Below, piece after piece: positions 38,091-47,086 of a DNA stretch of 64,000 nucleotides. Location of the stretch: contig NZ_JARCJD010000005.1 of NCBI RefSeq assembly GCF_028890115.1, positions 145,880 to 209,879 on the forward strand, written 5' to 3'. The notes under the pieces were generated by a model. The model had not been told where the DNA came from, searched no databases, and saw only the letters and a list, made by a program, of their open reading frames with translations. The translations under genes and the position numbers were made by a program. Origin of the DNA: Phaeobacter sp. QD34_24 (GTDB lineage Bacteria > Pseudomonadota > Alphaproteobacteria > Rhodobacterales > Rhodobacteraceae). Every line of letters starts with the position of its first letter. The first letter of the stretch is position 1.

Positions 38091-39488
38091 ATGGACGGCA
38101 CGTTCAACGAAAACGATCTCAGCCGCGTCGTGGACGCCGACAAGGCCCACGTCTGGCACCACCTGATCCAGCACAAGCCCTTTGAAACCACCGATCCGCG
38201 CATCATCGTCGAAGGCAAGGGCATGCGGGTCTGGGACCAGAACGGCAAGGAATGGCTGGATGCCGTCTCTGGCGGCGTCTGGACGGTGAACGTCGGTTAT
38301 GGCCGCGAGGAGATCTGCAAGGCGGTCTATGACCAGTTGATGAAGCTCTGCTATTTCGCGCAGTCCGCGGGTTCGATCCCCGGCTCGCTTTTCGCAGAGA
38401 AACTGATCGACAAGATGCCCGGCATGAGCCGCGTCTACTACACCAACTCCGGCTCCGAGGCGAACGAGAAGGCCTTCAAGATGGTGCGCCAGATCGCGCA
38501 CAAGAAATACGGCGGCAAGAAGAACAAGATCCTTTATCGCGACCGCGACTATCACGGTGGCACCTTGGCGGCCATGTCCGCAGGCGGCCAGGAAGAGCGC
38601 AACGCGCAATACGGCCCCTTCGCCCCCGGTTTCGTGAAGGTCCCGCACTGCATGGAGTACCGCAAGCACGAACTGGGGCTTGAGCATCTGTCGGGCGAAG
38701 AGTTCGGCATCGCCGCCGCCAACCTGATCGAAGAGGTGATCCTGCGCGAAGGCCCCGAAACCGTCGGCGCGCTCTGCCTGGAACCCGTCACCGCCGGTGG
38801 CGGCGTGATCGAGGCGCCCGAAGGCTACTGGCCGCGCGTTCAGGAAATCTGCAAGAAATACGATATCCTCTTGCACATCGACGAGGTCGTCTGCGGCATC
38901 GGGCGTACCGGCACCTGGTTCGGCTACCAGCACTACGGCATCCAGCCCGACTTCGTGACCATGGCCAAGGGTGTCGCCTCGGGCTATGCGGCGATTGCCT
39001 GCATGGTGACGACCGAGGAAGTCTTTGATCTGTTCAAGGACGATGCCAGCGATCCCATGAACTACTTCCGCGACATCTCCACCTTTGGCGGCTGCACCGC
39101 CGGTCCTGCGGCGGCACTGGTCAACATGCAGATCATCGAGGACGAGGGCCTGCTTGAGAACTGTACGGCCATGGGCGAGCGGATGCTGGCCAACCTCAAG
39201 GCGCTGCAGGAAAAGCACCCCGTGATCGGCGATGTGCGCGGCAAGGGTCTGTTCCTTGGCGCCGAACTGGTCAGCGACCGCGAAACCAAGGAACCTGTGG
39301 ACGAGAAGCAGGCCCAGGCGGTGGTCGCCGAAGTGGGGGCCCAGGGCGTCATCATCGGCGTCACCAACCGCTCGATTCCAGGCAAGAACAACACCCTGTG
39401 CTTCAGCCCCGCGCTGATCGCCACGGCGGCGGATATCGATGCCATCACCGATGCGGTGGACGTGGCCCTGACCAAGGTCTTTGGCTGA
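38091..39488 (+). CDS. tpa: Class III aminotransferase, taurine--pyruvate aminotransferase type
   Basis: 465 aa; PLP site LLHIDEVVCGIGRTGTWFGYQHYGIQPDFVTMAKGVASGY. It heads a cluster with tauR, xsc, pta and soeABC, as in Roseobacter taurine islands. Confidence 0.7.
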   Translation: MDGTFNENDLSRVVDADKAHVWHHLIQHKPFETTDPRIIVEGKGMRVWDQNGKEWLDAVSGGVWTVNVGYGREEICKAVYDQLMKLCYFAQSAGSIPGSLFAEKLIDKMPGMSRVYYTNSGSEANEKAFKMVRQIAHKKYGGKKNKILYRDRDYHGGTLAAMSAGGQEERNAQYGPFAPGFVKVPHCMEYRKHELGLEHLSGEEFGIAAANLIEEVILREGPETVGALCLEPVTAGGGVIEAPEGYWPRVQEICKKYDILLHIDEVVCGIGRTGTWFGYQHYGIQPDFVTMAKGVASGYAAIACMVTTEEVFDLFKDDASDPMNYFRDISTFGGCTAGPAAALVNMQIIEDEGLLENCTAMGERMLANLKALQEKHPVIGDVRGKGLFLGAELVSDRETKEPVDEKQAQAVVAEVGAQGVIIGVTNRSIPGKNNTLCFSPALIATAADIDAITDAVDVALTKVFG

Positions 39489-39569
39489 CCCCGCCAAAGC
39501 GGACGGACAAGATCAGCGAAAGGCGGCCCTTCTAAACGGGCCGCCTTTCGTCCTGTCCGGCACCGCGAC

Positions 39570-40181
39570 ATGAAAAGGAACAAAGACATGTCCCCCCTCC
39601 CCTGGATGACGCCCACCGAATTGCGATCCGCGCAGGTGGCACTGGTCCCCCTGTCCCAGGATCACGCCGCCGATCTGGCAGAGGCTACCGCAGACGGGGC
39701 GCTGCATCGGCTCTGGTACACCTCCGTCCCCACTCCGGAAGCCGTTCCCGCCGAGATCGACCGCCGCCTGGCGCTGCTCGAGGCCGGCTCCATGGTGCCC
39801 TTTGCCATCCTCGATCCCGAAGGGCGCGCCGTGGGCATGACCACCTATATGAACATCGACCATGGCAACCGGCGGGTCGAGATCGGCTCCACCTGGTACC
39901 GCAAATCCGTACAGCGCAGCGGGCTCAACACCGCCTGCAAGCTTTTGATGCTGCGCCACGCCTTTGAGGATCGCGATGCCATCGCCGTGGAATTCCGCAC
40001 CCACCGCCTGAACCGGCAAAGCCGCGCAGCCATCGAACGGCTCGGCGCGCAACTCGACGGCATCCTGCGTGCCCATATGATCCTGCCGAACGGCACCCAG
40101 CGCGACACCGCCGTCTATTCCATTACCGCTGCCGACTGGCCCGCGATCAGGGCCAACCTGGAGTTCATGACAAGCCGCTGA
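39570..40181 (+). CDS. GNAT-family N-acetyltransferase
   Basis: 203 aa; GNAT motif region (VGMTTYMNIDHGNRRVEIGSTWYRKSVQRSGLNTACKLLMLRHAFE). Confidence 0.7.
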   Translation: MKRNKDMSPLPWMTPTELRSAQVALVPLSQDHAADLAEATADGALHRLWYTSVPTPEAVPAEIDRRLALLEAGSMVPFAILDPEGRAVGMTTYMNIDHGNRRVEIGSTWYRKSVQRSGLNTACKLLMLRHAFEDRDAIAVEFRTHRLNRQSRAAIERLGAQLDGILRAHMILPNGTQRDTAVYSITAADWPAIRANLEFMTSR

Positions 40182-40235
40182 CACTTTCCCTGTGGGTCAA
40201 GGAGGCCGCAAGGCCCCGCCGTCAGGCGGCGTGTC

Positions 40236-40405
40236 CTTGACGCACGCATTAAAACAGACTCGCACAGGGCCCTTGAGGGGCAAAGCTGCCCCTTAAGGGC
40301 CATCTCGGCAAAAGGAAACGCCGCGCGTCAGCGCGGCGCCAGGCCCAACGGGAGAGGGGTAATCTGCAGATTGCCCCGATCCGGGCGGGAGCACCCCGCC
40401 CACGG
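40236..40405 (+). repeat. REP-like repeat, extended copy R5
   Basis: CCTTGACGC...TTGAGGGGCAAAGCTGCCCCTTAA (hairpin) ... CGCCGCGCgtcaGCGCGGCGCCAGGCCCAACGGGAG + palindrome GGGGTAATCTGCAGATTGCCCC + GATCCGGGCGGGAGCACCCCGCCC. Lies between the convergent GNAT and arsP genes. Confidence 0.6.
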
Positions 40406-40411
40406 GATAGC

Positions 40412-41443
40412 TCACAGCATCTGAAACAGGATGCCAGACAGGATCGCGCCACTCACGCCCAATATCAGATAGGTGGCAAAGACCTGCGGCTTGACCAGCG
40501 ACCAGACCGCCGCCATCGCCGGGATCGAACTCACCGCCCCTGCAATCATGAAGGCCATGGCCGCACCGGCACTCATCCCCTGCTCCACCAACCCCGCCAA
40601 CAGGGGCGGCGCCACATAGGAGTTGAGATAGGCAGGCATCCCCACCAGGGCTGCCACGGCAATCGGGCCGACCCCCTCGCCGCCGACGAGACCGGCGATC
40701 ATATCCGCAGGCACGTAAGACACCAAGAGCGCCTCCAGCACATAGGCCAGCGCCAGCCATTTCAACAGGAACAGACCGTTTGACACAAACTCTCTGCGGA
40801 ATGTCTCACGGCGGGCAGCTTCCCCCCAAAAGGCCCAGACCGGCTTGGCATCCAATTTCGGAGCGCCGCAGCCGCAGCAGCTGGATTTCTGCACCTGCTT
40901 CAGCGGATTTGCGAATACCCCATAGCCCATCAGCGCCTTGATCGCAAAACCGCCGAACAGGCCCAGCCCCACGGCAGCTACCGCCTTGCCAATGGCAAAG
41001 GGCCAGCCCAGCGCCCCGGCGGTGATCAACAGGGTCGGCGGATCGATCAGCGGCGAGGACAGCCAGAAGGCCATCACCGCCGACAGGGGGGCGCCCAGCG
41101 CCAGGAGACCGGCAATGAAGGGGATCACCTCGCAGGAACAGAAGGGCGCCAATCCCCCGAACATCGCCGCCAGGACAATCATCCGCACCTCGCGCCCCTC
41201 AAAGGCGCGCGCCACCATGGTCTCGGCGCCGGTTGCTTTTAGATAGGACAAAAGCAGCACGGCAAAGAGGATATAGCGCCCCGTGTGTGCAAGGGCCTTC
41301 AGCGCAAATGTGACCACGGTCTGAAAATTCCCCGGATCCAGCAGGGCCACCGCAACAAGCAGCAGCGCGCTCAGCGTCCAGGGCGTCTTCAGCCAGCGCA
41401 TCGCCTGTTGCGAGGCACTCGGGTTTTGAGTGAGATCAGCCAT
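40412..41443 (-). CDS. arsP: ArsP-type permease (PF03773/DUF318, putative organoarsenical efflux)
   Basis: 343 aa; 8-10 TM helices with the ArsP-type FCSC motif (GGLAPFCSCEVIPF) and a second Cys cluster (SSCCGCGAP). Its start overlaps the arsR stop by 8 nt. Confidence 0.7.
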   Translation of the reverse strand: MADLTQNPSASQQAMRWLKTPWTLSALLLVAVALLDPGNFQTVVTFALKALAHTGRYILFAVLLLSYLKATGAETMVARAFEGREVRMIVLAAMFGGLAPFCSCEVIPFIAGLLALGAPLSAVMAFWLSSPLIDPPTLLITAGALGWPFAIGKAVAAVGLGLFGGFAIKALMGYGVFANPLKQVQKSSCCGCGAPKLDAKPVWAFWGEAARRETFRREFVSNGLFLLKWLALAYVLEALLVSYVPADMIAGLVGGEGVGPIAVAALVGMPAYLNSYVAPPLLAGLVEQGMSAGAAMAFMIAGAVSSIPAMAAVWSLVKPQVFATYLILGVSGAILSGILFQML

Positions 41444-41747
41444 CGTTCGCGGCCTCCCGTTGTTGATCCGAACAGCATTCGCTGAGGATGAAATCTGCCA
41501 GCTGTCTGAGGCGGGTGAAATCGGCCCGGTTCAGTGTCGCACGACCCATCTTTTCCTGAATCACGACCCCCGCCCCTGCCAGAAACTTCAGATGATGCGC
41601 CAGGGTCGAGGGCGGCAAACCGGTCCGCTCCTGCACCTCCTGCACCATCAGGCCCGACTGGCCTGCCCGAATAAGACAGCGCAGAACCTTGAGCCGCGCC
41701 TCGGATCCCATGGCCGCAAAACCGCTGGCCGCTTCTTCCCATTCCAT
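41436..41747 (-). CDS. arsR: ArsR/SmtB-family metalloregulator
   Basis: 103 aa; HTH (ARLKVLRCLIRAGQSGLMVQEVQERTGLPPSTLAHHLKFL) and a C-terminal CC pair (ECCSD). Confidence 0.8.
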   Translation of the reverse strand: MEWEEAASGFAAMGSEARLKVLRCLIRAGQSGLMVQEVQERTGLPPSTLAHHLKFLAGAGVVIQEKMGRATLNRADFTRLRQLADFILSECCSDQQREAANDG

Positions 41748-41871
41748 CTTGGCACCTCAATTAAACTACAAATCTAGTTATATAGATTCGAAGTAGGAGG
41801 CAAGGTGGAAATCGCATGGGCGTCGGTAAGTCCAGATTGCACTCCACCTAAGGCCAGCCTACTGTCGCGGC

Positions 41872-43329
41872 ATGGCCATTTCCGTCGATACCTTCTTCCT
41901 CAATCCAGATGCCCAAGGCACCCTGCAGGCGCAGATCCAGGAGATGATCGCCGAAGGTGTTCTGTCGGGGCGTTTCCGGATCGGAGAGAAACTGCCCTCG
42001 TCGCGCAAACTTGCCAGCCACCTGGGGATCAGCCGCATAACGGTGACGCTGGCCTATACGGAACTGCTGGCCAATGACTACCTGACCTCGCGCGGACGGT
42101 CCGGGTATTATGTCTCGGAAAGCGCTCCCATCCCCCCCAGCTACACGCCACCACAAAGCTCGAATGATGCGGTGGATTGGTCCAAGGCGATCGCGCAGAG
42201 CTTTACCGGCGGCGACACCCCGCACAAACCGCAGGATTGGCGCAGCTACCGCTACCCCTTCATCTACGGACAGGCCGATCCGGCCCTGTTTGATCATGCC
42301 AACTGGCGGCTCTGCGCCTTGCGCGCCCTGGGCCAGAAGGATTTCTCCGCGCTTACCAATGACTATTTCGATCAGGACGACCCCTTGCTGATCGAATATA
42401 TCGCCCGCCACACCCTACCCCGCCGCGGTGTCATCGCCAGGCCGGAGCAGATCCTGATCACCCTCGGCGCCCAGAACGCGCTTTGGCTTACGATCCAGCT
42501 GCTGCTCAACCGGGGGCGCAAGGCCGCGATCGAGGATCCGACCTATTACACGCTGCGCGACCAGCTTGCCCATATGCGCTGCCAGATGGACTGCATCCCG
42601 GTGGACGGTGACGGCCTGCCGCCTGACGAGATCGCAGAGGACACCGACGTGATCTTCTGCACCCCCAGCCACCAAAGCCCCACCACGGCAACCATGCCCA
42701 TGGCCCGGCGCAAGGCACTGTTGCAAAAGGCCCATGACATTGACGCCGTGATTGTCGAGGACGACTACGAATTCGAGATGTCCTTTCTCGGCGCCCCTTC
42801 GCCCGCGCTGAAATCCCTCGATACGGAGGGGCGGGTTGTCTATATCGGCAGCTTCTCCAAATCGCTGTTTCCCGGGCTGCGGCTGGGCTATCTGGTCGGC
42901 TCGGAGGCCTTCATTCGCCAGGCCCGCGCCCTGCGCGCCAGCGTCCTGCGCCACCCGCCCGGGCATATCCAGCGCACCGTCGCCTATTTTCTGTCACTGG
43001 GACATTACGACTCACAAATCCGCCGGATGGCGAAAGAGTTGCACAACCGGCGCCTGGTGATCGAGGAGGCCGTCGCCACCCACGGGCTGGAGATCTCGGG
43101 AGTCGGGGTCTATGGCGGCTCTTCCCTGTGGATGCGCGCACCCGACGGGGTCGATACCGTGACCGCTGCAAAGCACCTGAAGGAAAAGAGCGTCATCATA
43201 GAGCCGGGCGCCCCCTTCTTCTCGGCTGATCACCGTCGCAACAATTATTACCGCCTCGGCTATTCGTCCATTCCCGCAAACCGCATCGAACCCGGCCTGG
43301 CCTTGCTGGGCGAGGCCCTGCGGGCATAG
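41872..43329 (+). CDS. tauR: MocR-subfamily GntR regulator with aminotransferase-like domain (TauR-type)
   Basis: 485 aa; N-terminal winged HTH (LPSSRKLASHLGISRITVTLAYTELLANDYLTSRGRSGYYV) and a fold-type-I PLP domain. Sits immediately upstream of xsc. Confidence 0.8.
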   Translation: MAISVDTFFLNPDAQGTLQAQIQEMIAEGVLSGRFRIGEKLPSSRKLASHLGISRITVTLAYTELLANDYLTSRGRSGYYVSESAPIPPSYTPPQSSNDAVDWSKAIAQSFTGGDTPHKPQDWRSYRYPFIYGQADPALFDHANWRLCALRALGQKDFSALTNDYFDQDDPLLIEYIARHTLPRRGVIARPEQILITLGAQNALWLTIQLLLNRGRKAAIEDPTYYTLRDQLAHMRCQMDCIPVDGDGLPPDEIAEDTDVIFCTPSHQSPTTATMPMARRKALLQKAHDIDAVIVEDDYEFEMSFLGAPSPALKSLDTEGRVVYIGSFSKSLFPGLRLGYLVGSEAFIRQARALRASVLRHPPGHIQRTVAYFLSLGHYDSQIRRMAKELHNRRLVIEEAVATHGLEISGVGVYGGSSLWMRAPDGVDTVTAAKHLKEKSVIIEPGAPFFSADHRRNNYYRLGYSSIPANRIEPGLALLGEALRA

Positions 43330-43380
43330 CACCGCCCTTATTCGGCAGCCCTCCCGCGCCTTTGCCCCGCATTCAAGATG

Positions 43381-43470
43381 CGCGGCAAAGCCTTGGGCGT
43401 GGCGCCGCGCAGGGCGCGGCGCCACGCCCAACGGGAGCAATGCATCTTGGATGCAGAGGCGACGGGCGGG
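43381..43470 (+). repeat. REP-like repeat, copy R6
   Basis: GGCGTGGCGCCGCGC-agg-GCGCGGCGCCACGCC (15-bp stem) + CAACGGGAGC + palindrome AATGCATCTTGGATGCAG + AGGCGACGGGCGGGAGCGCACC. Starts just after the tauR stop. Confidence 0.6.
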
Positions 43471-43514
43471 AGCGCACCGACACCGGTTTCACGCGTTTTC
43501 GGCACCCGGAAATT

Positions 43515-43546
43515 CTGGCCCTACTCGCATAATAAACTGGCCCTAA
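43515..43546 (+). promoter_or_regulatory. Candidate TauR operator upstream of xsc: direct repeat CTGGCCCTAC-n12-CTGGCCCTAA (22-nt register)
   Basis: Two near-identical decamers exactly two helical turns apart, ~80 nt upstream of the xsc start in an AT-richer promoter-like stretch. Confidence 0.45.
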
Positions 43547-43627
43547 CCCACCCTCGCGCGACAGCCTAAACCGGAGATAATGTCCGGCGTCTGTCGGCTC
43601 TGTCTGCGTTGCATCAGGAGCACCCAC

Positions 43628-45406
43628 ATGAAAATGACCACCGAGGAAGCCTTTGTTAAGACCCTGCAAATGCACGGGATTGAACATGCTTTCGGGATTA
43701 TCGGATCCGCCATGATGCCGATTTCGGATCTCTTCCCCAAGGCAGGCATTACCTTCTGGGACTGTGCGCATGAAGGCAGCGCCGGCATGATGGCCGATGG
43801 CTACACCCGCGCCACCGGCAAGATGTCGATGATGATCGCCCAGAACGGCCCCGGCATCACCAACTTCGTCACCGCCGTAAAGACCGCCTATTGGAACCAC
43901 ACGCCGCTGCTGCTGGTCACCCCCCAGGCCGCGAACAAGACCATCGGCCAGGGCGGCTTCCAGGAAGTCGAACAGATGAAACTGTTCGAGGACATGGTCG
44001 CCTACCAGGAAGAGGTCCGCGATCCCTCCCGCGTGGCCGAAGTGCTGAACAGGGTGATCATGCAGGCCAAACGTGCCTCGGCCCCGGCACAGCTGAACAT
44101 TCCGCGCGATATGTGGACGCAGGTGATCGACATCGAACTGCCCGCCATCGTCGAATTTGAACGCCCCGCCGGTGGCGAAAGCGCTCTGGCCCAGGCCGCG
44201 GACCTACTGTCCAACGCCAAGGCCCCGGTGATCCTGAATGGTGCTGGCGTGGTGCTGTCCAAGGGCGGTATCGCTGCCTCGGGCGCATTGGCCGAACGCC
44301 TGGATGCGCCGGTTTGCGTCGGCTACCAGCACAATGACGCCTTCCCCGGCTCGCACCCCTTGTTTGCAGGCCCGCTGGGCTACAACGGCTCCAAGGCGGC
44401 GATGGATCTGATCAAGGAGGCTGATGTCGTTCTGTGCCTTGGCACCCGGCTCAACCCCTTCTCGACCCTGCCGGGCTACGGGATGGAATACTGGCCGACC
44501 GAGGCCAAGATCATCCAGGTCGACATCAATCCCGACCGTATCGGCCTAACCAAACCCGTCACCGTGGGCATTGTCGGCGATGCGGCCAAGGTCGCAACCG
44601 CCATCCTGAACCAGCTGAGCGACAGCGCCGGAGATGAAGGTCGCGATGCGCGCAAGGCCAAGATCGCCGAGACCAAGTCCCGCTGGGCGCAGCAGCTCAG
44701 CTCGATGGACCACGAGGATGACGATCCCGGCACCACCTGGAACCAGCGCGCCCGCGCCGACAAGCCGGACTGGATGAGCCCCCGCATGGCCTGGCGCGCG
44801 ATCCAGTCGGCGCTGCCACGCGAGGCGATCATCTCCTCCGACATCGGCAACAACTGCGCCATCGGCAACGCCTACCCGTCCTTCGACGAAGGCCGCAAAT
44901 ACCTGGCGCCCGGCCTGTTCGGCCCCTGCGGCTATGGCCTGCCTGCCGTGGTCGGCGCCAAGATCGGCTGCCCGGACGTGCCGGTCGTCGGCTTCTCAGG
45001 TGACGGCGCCTTCGGCATCGCAGTGAACGAGCTGACGGCGATTGGCCGCGATGAATGGCCTGCCGTCACCCAGGTGGTCTTCCGCAACTACCAATGGGGT
45101 GCGGAAAAGCGCAACTCGACCCTGTGGTTCGATGACAATTTCGTCGGCACCGAGCTGGATCAGCAGGTTTCTTACGCCGGGATCGCCAGCGCCTGCGGGT
45201 TGAAGGGCGTCGTCGCCCGCACCATGGACGAGCTGACCGCCGCCCTTACCCAGGCGGTCGAGGATCAGAAGAACGGCATCACCACCCTGATCGAGGCAAT
45301 GATCAACCAGGAGCTGGGCGAACCCTTCCGCCGCGACGCGATGAAAAAGCCGGTTGAAGTCGCGGGCATCTCCGCCGACGACATGCGCCCGCAGCAGGTC
45401 GGCTGA
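43628..45406 (+). CDS. xsc: Sulfoacetaldehyde acetyltransferase (ThDP-dependent)
   Basis: ~592 aa from MKMTTEEAFVKTLQMHGIEHAFGIIGSAMMPISDLF...; ThDP-binding motif GDGAFGIAVNEL...N. AGGAG RBS 7 nt upstream. Start trimmed from the track ORF. Confidence 0.85.
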   Translation: MKMTTEEAFVKTLQMHGIEHAFGIIGSAMMPISDLFPKAGITFWDCAHEGSAGMMADGYTRATGKMSMMIAQNGPGITNFVTAVKTAYWNHTPLLLVTPQAANKTIGQGGFQEVEQMKLFEDMVAYQEEVRDPSRVAEVLNRVIMQAKRASAPAQLNIPRDMWTQVIDIELPAIVEFERPAGGESALAQAADLLSNAKAPVILNGAGVVLSKGGIAASGALAERLDAPVCVGYQHNDAFPGSHPLFAGPLGYNGSKAAMDLIKEADVVLCLGTRLNPFSTLPGYGMEYWPTEAKIIQVDINPDRIGLTKPVTVGIVGDAAKVATAILNQLSDSAGDEGRDARKAKIAETKSRWAQQLSSMDHEDDDPGTTWNQRARADKPDWMSPRMAWRAIQSALPREAIISSDIGNNCAIGNAYPSFDEGRKYLAPGLFGPCGYGLPAVVGAKIGCPDVPVVGFSGDGAFGIAVNELTAIGRDEWPAVTQVVFRNYQWGAEKRNSTLWFDDNFVGTELDQQVSYAGIASACGLKGVVARTMDELTAALTQAVEDQKNGITTLIEAMINQELGEPFRRDAMKKPVEVAGISADDMRPQQVG

Positions 45407-45411
45407 ACGCA

Positions 45412-46167
45412 ATGATGCTCCCTCTCGATCTGCCATTTGATCTGAATGCAGGTCAGGGGGGCTTTCTGGCCGCCGCATTATTCGTGGCGGCCTTCATTCG
45501 CGGCTATTCGGGATTTGGATTTTCCGCGATCTTCATCATCCTGGCCGCCCTTGTGACCAATCCGCTGCCGCTGATCCCGGTGGTTTTCGCCTGCGAGATC
45601 GCCATGACCGCCTTTCAGGCGCGCGGCATCCGCCCCCATGTGGACTGGCGCCGCACGCTGATGCTGCTGGGTGGGGCAGCCATTGCCACGGTGCCTGCCG
45701 TGACCGTCATGGCGCGCCTCGGAGAGGAACAGGCACGGCTCGTGATTTCCGCGCTGGTGCTGCTGCTGAGCCTGATCCTGCTCAGCGGCTGGCAGCTGCG
45801 CCGCCCGATTGGCGGGCTCGGCAATCTCGGCGTCGGCGTGATCTCCGGCATGGCCAATAGCGCGGGCGTCGGAGGCTTGCCGACCGCTGCCTTCCTGACC
45901 GCACAGCCCATCCCGCCCGCCGTGTTCCGCGCCACCATGATCGTGTTCCTGACCGGAATCGACATGATGGCCCTGCCAGTGATGGCGGCCAACGGGCTGA
46001 CGGGTACCGATACGCTGATCGGCGTCGTCCTTGCCTTCCCCATCCTTGGCGCCGGGATCTGGGTCGGCAGCCGCCGTTTTGCAACTGCCGATCAGGCCAG
46101 CTTCCGCCGTGGAGTTGTCATCCTGCTGACCGCACTCGCCGCGCTCAATATCGCGCGGGTGCTGTGA
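45412..46167 (+). CDS. tauE: TauE/SafE-family (DUF81) sulfite exporter
   Basis: 251 aa; eight TM helices with the family motif FIRGYSGFGFSAIFI. Lies 5 nt after the xsc stop. Confidence 0.75.
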   Translation: MMLPLDLPFDLNAGQGGFLAAALFVAAFIRGYSGFGFSAIFIILAALVTNPLPLIPVVFACEIAMTAFQARGIRPHVDWRRTLMLLGGAAIATVPAVTVMARLGEEQARLVISALVLLLSLILLSGWQLRRPIGGLGNLGVGVISGMANSAGVGGLPTAAFLTAQPIPPAVFRATMIVFLTGIDMMALPVMAANGLTGTDTLIGVVLAFPILGAGIWVGSRRFATADQASFRRGVVILLTALAALNIARVL

Positions 46168-46201
46168 TGAAACCCCGAATGCGTGCCGGTCGAACCGATC
46201 C

Positions 46202-47053
46202 TCAGGCCTGCGCTGCGGTCAGCACCGTGGCGGCGACGATGTCCTCGACACTGGCGCCGCGGCTGAGATCGCAGACCGGTCGCGCAAAGCCCTGCAGGAA
46301 CGGACCCAGCGCCTGGGCTCCCGCCAACTCCTGGCAGAGCTTGTATCCGATATTGCCCGCATCAAGGTTCGGGAACACCAGCACATTGGCCTCCAGCGGT
46401 TCGATCCCCTTCTTGGCGGCAATCGTAGCGTTGAGGGCCGCATCCGCCTGCACCGGCCCGGCAAAGCCCGCACGCTCGGCCGCCTCGCGCACCCGCGCAA
46501 CGCTGTCTCCGTCGCCCGAGGTTCCGGTGGAAAAGGACAGCATCGCCACCCGCGCCGCGCCCAAGAGCGCCTTTGCCGAAGCGGCAGAGGCACGTGCGAT
46601 ATCGGCAAGCTGGTCCGCATCGGGCGCCACGTTCACCGCGCAGTCGGCAAAGACCAGCTCGCGCCCATCCGGGAAGAGCATCAGGAAGAAGGACGAGGGC
46701 ACAGACACCCCTTCGGCCAAGCCGATCCCGATGCTGGCGGCCTCGATCACCCGGCGAGTGGGCACATCAGCGCCCGCCACCATGGCATCTGCCTCTCCCA
46801 CGGCGACCATCGCGGCAGCGCGGTACAAGGGCTTGGAAATCATACGTTTTGCGATTCCCTCTTTCAGACCGCGCGCGGCGACCAGGGCCTCCACATGGGC
46901 CTCGGACGGTTCTGCCAGCGGCAAGGCTTCGCACAGGCCATCGCGGCGCAGCTGCGCAACCGCCGCTGCAACGCGGGCATCCTCCATTTCGGGAAAGACC
47001 ACCCGCGCCTGCCGCGCCTTGGCGGCCTCAACCGCATTTTCCAATACCGACAT
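46202..47053 (-). CDS. pta: Phosphate acetyltransferase (short, PTA_PTB-only form)
   Basis: 283 aa from MSVLENAVEAAKARQARVVFPEMEDARVAAAVAQLRRDGL... to ...DIVAATVLTAAQA. GGGAG RBS. The track ORF 46202..48058 is a fused artifact whose upstream 2/3 is antisense to the citrate synthase gene. Confidence 0.8.
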   Translation of the reverse strand: MSVLENAVEAAKARQARVVFPEMEDARVAAAVAQLRRDGLCEALPLAEPSEAHVEALVAARGLKEGIAKRMISKPLYRAAAMVAVGEADAMVAGADVPTRRVIEAASIGIGLAEGVSVPSSFFLMLFPDGRELVFADCAVNVAPDADQLADIARASAASAKALLGAARVAMLSFSTGTSGDGDSVARVREAAERAGFAGPVQADAALNATIAAKKGIEPLEANVLVFPNLDAGNIGYKLCQELAGAQALGPFLQGFARPVCDLSRGASVEDIVAATVLTAAQA

Positions 47054-47086
47054 ATCATTCTCCCTTGCCATAGGAAGGAGCCAGCT

